64,000 nt of DNA from Rhizophagus irregularis (Eukaryota), in assembly GCF_026210795.1 (NCBI RefSeq), contig NC_089432.1, positions 3,410,001-3,474,000 of the forward strand. Direction: 5' to 3'. Positions 24,020-36,000 of the stretch are shown piece after piece. Under the pieces are notes generated by a model that saw only the letters and a program-made list of their open reading frames with translations, had not been told where the DNA came from and did not search any database. The number at the start of each line of letters is the position of its first letter. The stretch's first letter is position 1. The position numbers were made by a program, and so were the translations under genes.

Positions 24020-24540
24020 ACTCCGCACGTATCGAGTTAAATTGACTCGAGTCGAGTTTAATGAAAATTATATGAACCCGTCGGGTACTCGAATTAGGGT
24101 CGTTTCTTTGACTTTGGTTAGCTCAAGATGACTCAAGTTAGACAATTATATTAAAAAATATTTAGTAATTAGAACTTAATAAATTTATTACAGTATGATG
24201 TATAAACAACACAAATCACGCATAAATGTGTTTGAAATCCTGGAATTTGCAAAGTATAGAAGGAATAAATCCATCAATTTTAAAAAGATATTTTGGTCAT
24301 TATCTTAATTAAATTGTAAATTTAAATTTATTATGATCAATTTTATTTATCCATCAATATATAATAATATTAAAAACAAATATATTTTTATATAATTTCG
24401 ATTAATGAGTCCAAAGTTTCCAAAATGATCGACCTGAATATTCATTCGAGTTGAGTTACAGTTGGATAACATGATTTGAGTTCAAATATCCCTTTAAACC
24501 TAATCCGACTCGACCCATGCGGAACTCATGCGGAGCACTA
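24020..24540. mobile_element. Degenerate hAT-like MITE
   Basis: Right end CATGCGGAGCACTA, left remnant CTCCGCACG, subterminal GAGTC/GACTC repeats; left terminus and TSD not clear. Confidence 0.4.
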
Positions 24541-25104
24541 CATGGAATATCATTAAAATGTGAATGATTTGGTACGACTATATATAATCACATTAATTAT
24601 ACTGTAAATAAAATTTTATATGTCAGAATTAAGTCAATTTTTCGGCATCAAGCAAGAAACGGTCATATTTCAAAAGTGAATTTATTTTCTAATGTCAAAT
24701 GTAGATTTTTGCAAAAAAATAATTAAATATTACCAAAATTATTTAAAAATATTAATAGATGATATTAATTTTACAATAAAACATTTAATATTTGTGGAAT
24801 ATTTTTTAGAAATAATTTATACATAATCAATAAAAAATATTAATTGTTAAAATTTTGCAAAATTTATATTAATATTAATAATTAAAAATATCAATTTTTT
24901 CATTAATTTTTGCGAAGTATCTTAAAAAAACTTTATTAAATAAAAACACGAAATTAAATATTAGAATTGTGCGACGCGTGATTTGTCTGCGCCTGATCTA
25001 TTTCATGTTCATAATGGCTAAAAACTATGGCAAGCCGAGCTGGACTAAACTATCAGGCATTGGGCGGGTGAAAAATCAAGCATGGATTGACAAAATGTTA
25101 CACC

Positions 25105-25515
25105 GTGCCTGATATTTTACCTGTTCATGCTTGATATTCATCTGTCCGTGCTTGATATTTATCTGTACGTGTTTGATATTTTTATCTGTTCATGCTTGAT
25201 GTTTATCTATCACGTGCTTGATATTTTTATCTGTTCATGCTTGATGTTTATCTGTACGTGCTTGATGTTTTATCTGTACGTGTTTGATGTTTTATCTGTA
25301 CGTGCTTGATATTTATCTGTACGTGCTTGATGGTTTTATCTGTACGTGCTTGATATTTATCTGTACGTGCTTGATGGTTTTATCTGTACGTGCTTGATGG
25401 TTTTATCTGACCATGCTTGACATTTTTATCCGTCCGTGCTTTATGTTTTTATCCGTCTGTGCTTGATATTTTTGTCCGTCTGTGCTTGATGTTTTTGTCC
25501 AACTGTGTTTGATTT
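25105..25515 (+). repeat. 21-23 bp minisatellite in left arm (inverse copy about 29325-29735)
   Basis: Repeated TTGATATTTATCTGTACGTGC variants. Confidence 0.95.
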
Positions 25516-26689
25516 AATCCAACTATGTTTGATAATTTTATCTTTAGTTTCTTTGTCAGCACAGGGTTGATATATTGTCGGTCACATGTTTTTAAGTTTA
25601 GCGTAGTTTTAAAAAAAATTTTTTTTTGAATTGGCTTTTTTTTATAAACAAATTTTGTAGAGAATTTTTATTTTTAATATAGGCAAAGGCTTTGTTTGGT
25701 AGAACTTCTTTGGGAATTTTTTAATAAGATTTTTTTTGATAAAAAATTTCGTTAGAAAATTTTTTTCATTGATAGAGACATTTCTGAGTTTTTTTCTTTT
25801 ATGATAATTTCGGAGAATTTTTTTTAATAAGATTTTTTTTTGACATATACTTAATTTGTTGGAACAATTTTTTTTTTTAACAGGAGAGATTTTTTTTTTT
25901 TGATAGAGAATTAATTGAGAATTTTTTTTTTTGTAGAAAATTATTTGAAGAATTTTTTTAATAGGGAAGATTTTTTTTTTGATAGATAATTTCGTTACTA
26001 GAAAATTTTTTTAACAAGTGAGATTTTTTTTGATAGAGAATTTCGTTAAGAATTTTTTTTTAATAGGAGGGAGTTTTCCTTGATAAAGAATTCTTTTGGG
26101 AATTTTTTTTAATAGTATTTTTGACGGAGAATTTTATTAGAGAATTTTTTTTTTTTTTGATAAAAATTTCATCATAGAATTTTTTTTTTAATAGGTAAGA
26201 TTTTTTTTTTTTTGATAGGATCATTTCGTTAATAATTTTTTTAACAGGAGATTTTTTTTTTTTGATAGAAAATTTCGGTAAAGAATTTTTTTTTTAATAG
26301 GAAGGAAGTTTTTTTTTTATAGAAATTCTTTTGAGAACTTTTTTTAATAGGTAAGAATCTTTGAATTTTTTTTTAATAGGGAAAATGTATTTTTTGATGG
26401 AAGATTTTCGTTAGAAATTTTTCTTAATCAGGGATATTTTTTTTGATTGAGAATTTCATTAGAGAATTGTTGGTTGAAAAGCCTTTTTATTTTTTTGATG
26501 GAGAATTTTGTTAGAAGTCTCAATAGAAAATTTTATTGAAAATAGTTTTTTTTTAATAAGGGTATCGAGAATTTTGGCTTGAAATTTTTTTTTTTAATAA
26601 AGAATTTCATTAGAGATCTTTTTTTTTATAAAAAATTGATTGAAAATTTATTGGAAAATTTTTTATTAAATTTTACAATTTTAATAAAT

Positions 26690-27963
26690 TTTTACTCCTC
26701 TTCATCTTCCCATCACTTCTTTTAATCTTCCATCGCTCCTTTTCGTCTCCCATCATTTCTTTTCATCTCCCATCACTCCTCTTCGTCTCCTATCACTCCT
26801 TTTTGTCTCCCATCACTCTTTTTCATCTCCCATCGCTCCCTTTCGTCTCCTATCACTTCTCTTAATCTTCTCATCACTTCTTTTCGTCTCCCATCACTCC
26901 TCTTAATCTTCCCATCACTTCTTTTCGTCACTCATCACTCCTCTTAATCTTCTCATCACTTCTTTTCGTCTCCCATCACTCCTTTCTATCTCCCATCACT
27001 CCTCTTCATCACCCATCACACCTCTTTGTCTCCCATTACTTCTTTTCGTCTCCCATCACTCCTCTTCGTCTTTTATCACTTCTTTTTGTCTTTCATCACT
27101 CCTCTTAATCTTCCCATCACTTCTTTTTTTTTATCTCCCATCACTCCTCTTTGTCACCCATCACTTCTTTTTGTCTTCCATCACTCCTTTTCATCTCTCA
27201 TCATGTCCTATTTCTCCTTTTGGTTCCTATCACTTCTCATTACTCTTTTTTACTCCCTTTCATCTTCTATTACTTTACTAAAAATGGCCAATTTTTTGAA
27301 ATGATTTTATAATAATTTTAAAATACTACAAAAATACATTTAATACATCAAAATGTTTTTATTATATTTTTGCTATTATTTTGTAATTATATTGTATCTA
27401 GGTCTATAAAAATAACTCAAAATAATATCACAATAATTTTTTAATGTTTTTTGTTATTATTTTATTATTATAATATAATTAACTTTGATATTATTTTAAT
27501 ATTTTAATCTCAAAAATACCTTAAATATATCTTGATATATTTTAAAAATTTTACAAAATAATTGCACAATTGTTTTGAAAGCCATTGTATCTAGGTCTAT
27601 AAAAATATTTCAAAAAATTGGCCATTTTTAGTAAAGTACTTTCCATTACTCCATTGTTATTTTATTCTTTTTTCCTTGATCATTGTAATTTACTTATCTT
27701 TTTTATTTATTGTTATTATTTCTTTTATTTGTACATTTCAATAAAAATAAATATGGTGATTTTATTCTTTAAAATCGTAAATTTGGCTTAAATTTTAATA
27801 TTTGTAAATAAAATTTCATTAAATAAGATTATTTTGAATAAATATGTTTGCAGAAAAAATTTTTTAAAAAAATATCTTTTTAATAATAACCGATCAAAAA
27901 TTAGATACATATTTGAAAAAAAAAACCCAGGCGATGATCGCCCAGGCGACATTTAGCAATCCC
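26690..27963. mobile_element. One-ended copy of a TIR element carrying a 21-bp pyrimidine-rich minisatellite (paralog of 53385-54684)
   Basis: TCATCTCCCATCACTCCTCTT-type array 26690-27270, downstream sequence colinear with 54300-54684, end CAGGCGACATTTAGCAATCCC. Confidence 0.7.
27273..27636. mobile_element. Tc1/mariner-type MITE (TA target)
   Basis: TIR CTTTACTAAAAATGGCCAATTTTTTGAAAT; TA on both flanks; empty site in paralog near 54379. Confidence 0.88.
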
Positions 27964-30825
27964 AATTTATATATATTAAAAGTATTTAAAATAGTAGATT
28001 TTCAAAAATGTTTTTATGCCAATTAATGATAAAAAGAAGAAACACTGCAAACAAATTTCTGCTATATACTTTTCTTAAAGTTAACATTATTAACTTTTTA
28101 ATTTATGTCAGCTCATGCGGAGCTTTACTAGTATATAAAATTTGCTTAATTTACTATGCTACTTAGGATTCTATCATAGTTTTTTTTAATTTTATCTTAA
28201 TCTTATTAATGTAATTTAGTGTTTTTTTAATTTTATAAAAAAAGATCTCTAATGAAATTCTTTATTAAAAAAAAAATTTCAAGCCAAAATTTTCGATACC
28301 CTTATTAAAAAAAAAACTATTTTCAATAAAATTTTCTAGAGACTTCTAACAAAATTCTCCATCAAAAAAATAAAAAAACTTTTCAACCAACAATTCTCTA
28401 ATGAAATTCTCAATCAAAAAAAAATATCCCTGATTAAGAAAAATTTCTAACGAAAATCTTCCATCAAAAAATACATTTTCCCTATTAAAAAAAAAATTCT
28501 TTACCGAAATTTTCTATCAAAAAAAAAATCTCCTGTTAAAAAAATTATTAAAGAAATGATCTATCAAAAAAAAAAATCTCTCCTGTTAAAAAAATTATTA
28601 ACGAAATGATCTATCAAAAAAAAAAAATCTTACCTATTAAAAAAAAAATTCTATGATGAAATTTCTATCAAAAAAAAAAAAAAATTCTCTAATAAAATTC
28701 TCCATCAAAAAATACTTTTCACTTATTAAAAAAAATTCCCAAAAGAATTCTTTATCAAGGAAAACTCCCTCCTATTAAAAAAAAATTCTTAACGAAATTC
28801 TCTATCAAAAAAAATCTCACTTGTTAAAAAAATTTTCTAGTAACGAAATTATCTATCAAAAAAAAAATCTTCCCTATTAAAAAAATTCTTCAAATAATTT
28901 TCTACAAAAAAAAAAATTCTCAATTAATTCTCTATCAAAAAAAAAAAATCTCTCCTGTTAAAAAAAAAATTGTTCCAACAAATTAAGTATATGTCAAAAA
29001 AAAATCTTATTAAAAAAAATTCTCCGAAATTATCATAAAAGAAAAAAACTCAGAAATGTCTCTATCAATGAAAAAAATTTTCTAACGAAATTTTTTATCA
29101 AAAAAAATCTTATTAAAAAATTCCCAAAGAAGTTCTACCAAACAAAGCCTTTGCCTATATTAAAAATAAAAATTCTCTACAAAATTTGTTTATAAAAAAA
29201 AGCCAATTCAAAAAAAAAATTTTTTTTAAAACTACGCTAAACTTAAAAACATGTGACCGACAATATATCAACCCTGTGCTGACAAAGAAACTAAAGATAA
29301 AATTATCAAACATAGTTGGATTAAATCAAACACAGTTGGACAAAAACATCAAGCACAGACGGACAAAAATATCAAGCACAGACGGATAAAAACATAAAGC
29401 ACGGACGGATAAAAATGTCAAGCATGGTCAGATAAAACCATCAAGCACGTACAGATAAAACCATCAAGCACGTACAGATAAATATCAAGCACGTACAGAT
29501 AAAACCATCAAGCACGTACAGATAAATATCAAGCACGTACAGATAAAACATCAAACACGTACAGATAAAACATCAAGCACGTACAGATAAACATCAAGCA
29601 TGAACAGATAAAAATATCAAGCACGTGATAGATAAACATCAAGCATGAACAGATAAAAATATCAAACACGTACAGATAAATATCAAGCACGGACAGATGA
29701 ATATCAAGCATGAACAGGTAAAATATCAGGCACGGTGTAACATTTTGTCAATCCATGCTTGATTTTTCACCCGCCCAATGCCTGATAGTTTAGTCCAGCT
29801 CGGCTTGCCATAAAAAACGTTTTATTATTTGCTGTATTACGTCACAACAAGCTACTATCGTTGATGGTTTATTATAATGAATTACTTTATTTAGTTAACC
29901 ACAAAAAATAATCATGAAAAAATAAACTATACTAAATATATGATGCATTAGTATCTGTAATATCTGTAATTAAATAAATAAATTTCTGATGTTTTTTATC
30001 AACTTCATTTAAAACATTGTATCACCTAGAAAAATTACATTTAAGAAAGAAGTTACAACCGTACAAGCTGGTAGAATGCAAAACAGAATCTTGTCTTATT
30101 GTTTAAAAAATTGCAAAATTTCTTTTAATAAATAATTGTTAAAAAATAATTAATTAAATAGAGTCCATTCAAGACACTTTTTATTGTTTAAAAAAATTAT
30201 GAAACTATAGTATGACCGAAATTGAAAATGAAAATGAAATTAAAACAGTTTTACTTCAAAATATTTTCTTGATTTTTTTTCATGTTTTGGCTGGATCAGT
30301 ACTTCCACAGGAAGCACTTTTTAAAGATGATATATTCAAAGTTGAAACTTCGAAGACTTTAAATTCTTATTTAATAGATTTCCACAAATTTATCATTTCA
30401 TTGTATTAAAGTAAAAAGTTTGTAATGTATTTACTGTTAATGAATTTTATCCTACAATCAATACTGCCCAAGAATCTGGAAATTTATTTCTTCATTAATA
30501 AATCTATTTGGTGTTTCAAAAACTTCCGTAAAAAAGGCTGATATCCCCCAATGTGTGTGGTGCCTGCACAATCCGCGGATAATTATTCGGACATCTCGAT
30601 TATTAAACATAATTCGGGCCAAATTCTGTAGTGCCGACCGGAACTACAGTAACTATAGACACGTGCTTGATCTAGGATAAAAAGTTTATCCGGACCGTAA
30701 ATGATAGTTTGTTGACGTATGTATGACTACATGAATCCTTTTAAATCCATAAATAGAATTTGATTTTAATTGCTTTACTCCATTTTATTTAATATTTTCA
30801 TTATTAAAAAAAATAAATAATAAAG

Positions 30826-32520
30826 ATGCAAAATAACGAAAATATAAATGAATGGATTATTTGGATTGAAGAAGCTATTAATAAAAAACATATTAAATAT
30901 TATGAATTTGAAAATTTTAAAAATATTCAGGAAATTGGTTCCGGAACATTCGGAAAGGTTTTTCGTGCAAATTGGAAAAATTTTGATCATTATTTAGCGT
31001 TGAAATCTTTTTTTAATCTTAACAGCATTACCTTAAAAGAAATTGTTAATGAGGTAATTTATACTTATTAAAAAATTCGATTGTACACAGTATTTTAAAA
31101 AATTTATTTTTTTTTATATTTTTGTTCTTTTTATATTTTTTTTTTCAAAAAATTTTTTTTTTCCAATTATTGTACGTTCATCATGCATTAGCTTAAATTT
31201 CAACGAGATGTATATTTTCATAATAATATTATTCGCTTTTATGGAATCACAAAACTTGAGTCAAGTACTGGTAAGAATATCATTAAAAAATAATTAATAA
31301 TAATTGTAACAGTCAAATTTGAAATAATAATTAATAACTATTTTATTAGAAAATATATTTAATCCAACAAAAGGTTATTTGTTGGTAGTAGAATACACTG
31401 ACAGTGGCACTCTTCGTGAATATTTGAAAAATAACTTCCATAGATTTACTTGGAATGATAAATACAACTTGGCATACCAATTGGCTTGTTCTGTACTATG
31501 TCTGCATGAAGAAGGAATTGTTCACCGGGATTTGGTATTTTTTTTTTTTATTAAAAAATATATTGATTTCAATAATTATAATTGATTTATATTCTTATTT
31601 GTATATTATGATAGCATTCTAGTAATGTGCTGATTCATCAGGGTTCAATTAAGTTGGCGGACTTTGGATTATCAAAAAGGATTAATGATGCATCTAAATC
31701 ACAATCAAAATTACTTGGTATGATTCCCTATATTGATCCAAAAAAATTGGTGGATAACAATTTAAGATCAAATGAGAAGTGCGATGTATATACAGTAGTA
31801 TTGGCGTTTTGTTATGGGAAATATCAAGTGGGAAACCGCCATTCCATAAAGAGGAATATGATTTTAGTTTAATGTATAAAATTTCACAAGGTCGGAGGGA
31901 AATAACTGTTCCAAATACTCCTAATGATTATTCTAATCTTTATACTGGTAAATATGATCAAATGTATTATTTATTTTATTTATTAAATCGATTATTTTGA
32001 CTAAGCATATTTCTTTTAATGATTAGAATGTTGGAATAATGAACCAAGTAAACGGCCATCTATACATGAAGTTGTTAATAGATTAAGAACTTCAAACCGC
32101 ATAACAATTTATCAACAGAATGATATATCTGATAAAACTAGTCCTATGCCAAATGAAAATAAAACTCCAATTAGAGAATTATCTAATATAGATACTACAA
32201 GTGAAATAGATAGGATGTCTACAAATGAACAAAATAAACAACTTGTTGAAAATTTGGAAAATTCTCTGGGTGAAAATGAAAATCTTCGGGAAAAATTACA
32301 AATTTTACAAAAGGGAAATACAGAACTTATTGAACTAAATAAAACGCTTCGATCTCAATTAGATGAAACTACGGCACAATTAGAATGTGCAAGACCATCA
32401 GTATATCAAGGAAACAAGGATATTGATGCTGTAATGGAAAACGACAAAAAGGTACGAAGTCTACTCGAATCTCGAATGGTAGATCTTATGGCCAAGAAAA
32501 ACAAGTTTATGTGCTTTTAG
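30826..32520 (+). pseudogene. Tyrosine-kinase-like protein kinase with coiled-coil C-terminus, frameshifted
   Basis: IGSGTFGKVFRA, ALK, HRDL|HS, LADFGLSK, DVY, LLWEISSG, CW..EP..RP across GT-AG exons; 5-nt insertion at 31791-31797 shifts the frame in subdomain IX. Confidence 0.85.
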
Positions 32521-33045
32521 GACTGTTCTTATGTGATCAATTCTCATTATAATGAAAGTATCTCAGTCTCTCAGATGGGTGGGTGATGCTTAAATCTCTC
32601 CTTTGTTCCAAAAAAAGGAATTTTTTATGCCGATCATTTAATTCTGGCCAGAATTAAATATGTCTCATTATTTGACGAAAAACACCAGAAAAAAAGTTGT
32701 CAAATAAGTCAAAAATGACATTAGAAATACATATACTATGCATTTTTTTCAAATTTCTATTACAGAATGCAAGATTTAAGTATTATACAGGGGGACATGA
32801 TACATACACATTTATCCTATTTAATAAGCTTTAATACTAAATTTCAAGCATTTGTAGTTAATTTTTTCAAATTTTTTCAAGTAAAAAAAAAGTCTAAATA
32901 ATTTTGCATATCAAATGATCAAAATTAGATGTATTTTTGAGCAAACTAACATATCCTTGTTATTTGAATGATTTAATTCTATTTTTATCATATAACTGAA
33001 ATCAAGCCAACTTGAAGAAGAATCTTCATCATTCCCATAAATGCA

Positions 33046-36000
33046 ATGTTCACCAGGGATAAATTCACCAGGGATAAAAATCACCTCAGGTAAATTCACT
33101 TTTATTATATTATATAATTATATTAAAATTTAATTTTTTTTTTGTTTAAAAAAATCTAAAAAAACTAAAAAAAAATCCAAAAACAAAAGTTGTACAATTT
33201 TAATACATTATATACAATATAAATGAATAAACCATCTAAAAATTAGTTTATATATTATGTACTACTGTAAATCAAGGTAAAATTTACCTCTGATAAATTA
33301 ATTTTAAATTAACCTCTGCTGAATGTCAAATTAATTCACTTTTATAATAATTTTCAAAATAAACACTCAAATAATAAAAAAGTTTTTAAGCCCATGAAAG
33401 AAATTTTTTTTTTTTGAATGGATGAATTTGTTATTTTGTAAAAAAAAAAACTAATACAAAAAAATAGATTAATTACAAATAGTATAGAATTAGGTTATAA
33501 AGGAAAGGTACATCATACTATATAGAGTATAGACCGATAGAATGTGTACATATTTAGGTTTGACCGATTCTATTATTGTTCGTATATTTGCATTAATGGT
33601 AAACGAGGTATTTCAAGAAAAAAACTTGAAAATGTCATCTATAAACCGAAATATGTTATACTCCTTAGATTCCAATTATATCTCAGAATTAGTGAATAAT
33701 GAAGACACTGAAAAGTATTTAAAATAATAAAAAAAAAATTATTTTTAATTTCCGGTTTAGTTTATCACTACAAAATTTAAATTCTAATTACATCTCAGAA
33801 GAATTAGAGCTTGATATAGACATTGAAAGGTATTTCAAATAACAAAAAAAAACAATATTTTTAAATGATACAACTAATTATTTGAATTTATCAACTTTTT
33901 AATTAGTTTATCATCTCCAAAATTTAAGTTCTACAATTCAAAATTTAGAATTAGAGCTTGATATAAACACTGAAAGGTATTAAAAATAATGATAAAAAAA
34001 AATGTTTTAAATAGCACAACTAATTAACATTCGTATAATTTTTTACTTACAAAATTTAAGTTCTGCAATTCAAAATTTTTCAACCTCTTTTAAAAAAAAA
34101 AGAAATGTAGAATTTTTAAAGGTAGTACCTCATGATAATAATGGTAAATATTCATTTGGCTCGATGTTATTTTATTTACTTTCGTTATAACCAATTACGT
34201 TAATATTCATTTAAATCAAATATAAAATATTATTTATAGGAAAACTTATTAAAACCTAATTATCCATAGAACTATAGCAGAAGTAAAATATTTCATTATT
34301 CTGCAAATACAGAGTATATAGAAATATTTAATAATTTTTTATTAGATTTTCTCAATATTAAAAGAAAATAATGTAAAGAAATTAGAATTCAGATATGATA
34401 TTTATTTAAGACTTGTATTTGTAATTTTTATTTCATGTACTATTAGAGATTACGAATGAATTGTTTATTTTTTTTTACATTTATATTTAAAGTAACTGTC
34501 TAATATGAATAAATAACAATAATTCTGAAAATCAATTTTATATTCTTTTTTAGGATTAATTTTATATTCACCAGTGGTTAATTTAAAATTAATTCACCAG
34601 TGGTGAATTTCACTTCAATTTTTATAAATTTTTATTAAAATACCAAATTTTAGTAATTTAATGGTGAATTTCACCTTGATTTACATGTATTACATATATG
34701 TGTTACATTAAATTTTTAAAATTTTATGGTGAAATTCACCTTCGGTGAATTTTACCCTAATTTACATAATGTATAAACAAACTTTTAGCCTTAGAACGCC
34801 ATTTTTCTTTTTTTGTTTTTATAATTTTCTTTAAAGAATATAAACAATATGGAGGATTCTAATGATTATAATAAAGATATATATAAGACAAATGCATTTT
34901 TTTCGCCATATTCTGAAACTTTAGACTTTTTATTATCACCATTTAATGATAATTTTGCTATAAATTTTTTACCAGTTGTTGAACCAGATTTTAATCATAA
35001 TTTTACAAACATAGATAGTTTTTCTCTTGAAACACCTTCTAAACCATCTATTAACCCTTCTTTAGAGTTACTTTCTGAGCCTTCTTTAGAGTTATCTCCT
35101 GAACCTTCTTCTGAACTTTCTTCTGAACCTTCTTGTGAAACTCCTTTTGAACTACCTTTTGAAGAACATTTTGAATCATTATCTGAACAGATTTATCAGT
35201 ATAATCTTACTGTAGGAGATTATTTTGATGATTGGCAATCAGTTGATACATTTATGCATCAATATTGTTTAGAAAGAGGGTTTGGATATCAAGTTTATCG
35301 AAATGATAAAGATCCAAATGATTTTACTATTATACGACGTAAATCATTTCGTTGTTCTTCAAATGGAAAATATGAATCCAGAAAAGTAATAGATCAGAAA
35401 TTGCATCATTTACGTGGTACTATAAAGACAAATTGTGAGTGGCACTGCAACTTCTCATTTCCAAAAACGGCAAATCAAGTAAAATGTACATCATTAAAAG
35501 ATATACATAATCATGAAGTAAACCCTACCCAATTACCTCATATCATTGCTAGATATAGACGTTTTGATAACGAAATGATAAAAGACTTGAAATTTTTTTT
35601 GGATTGCAAAGTTGCACCTATTATACAACTAGAAATTCTTAAAAGAAAGTATCCAGAACATGTATTTCATAAACAAGACGTTTATAATGCTATTTATAAT
35701 TTATGCCAGAATAATAAAAATGAAAGACCTGACTCTTTATTATTTCTTGATATCTTATTTGAAAAAATGACTCAAGACCCACGTTGGAAAGTTTTTGTTC
35801 GTCATACTGGTAGTGAAAATCGCCTATCAGGTATATTTTGGATATCTCCTAGTCAACTAGAATTGTATAGGCGATTTTCTGATATAGTATTAAATGACAA
35901 TACTTGTAAAACTAACAAGTATAATATGTACTTAAGTGTATTTATGATAAAAGATAACTATGGAAGATTTCGCAATGTGGCAAATGCTTTAATAGAAGAT

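Larger units (their letters stand above)
25026..29812. mobile_element. Foldback-type non-autonomous DNA transposon with about 1.6-kb inverted arms (IS3EU-like termini)
   Basis: Termini TATGGCAAGCCGAG...CTCGGCTTGCCATA; 6-bp TSD AAAAAC (25020-25025, 29813-29818); arms about 25026-26637 and 28229-29812 are near-identical inverse copies; no transposase ORF. Confidence 0.85.

Noticed and set aside
25127..25309. Identical 60-aa ORFs at 25127 (+) and 29529 (-); CRISPR-like periodicity
   Set aside because: Translation of a minisatellite in the inverted arms; no unique spacers, eukaryotic context.
28108..28133. Possible Helitron 3' end (AGCTCATGCGGAGCT..CTAGT)
   Set aside because: Imperfect hairpin and no matching 5' end identified.
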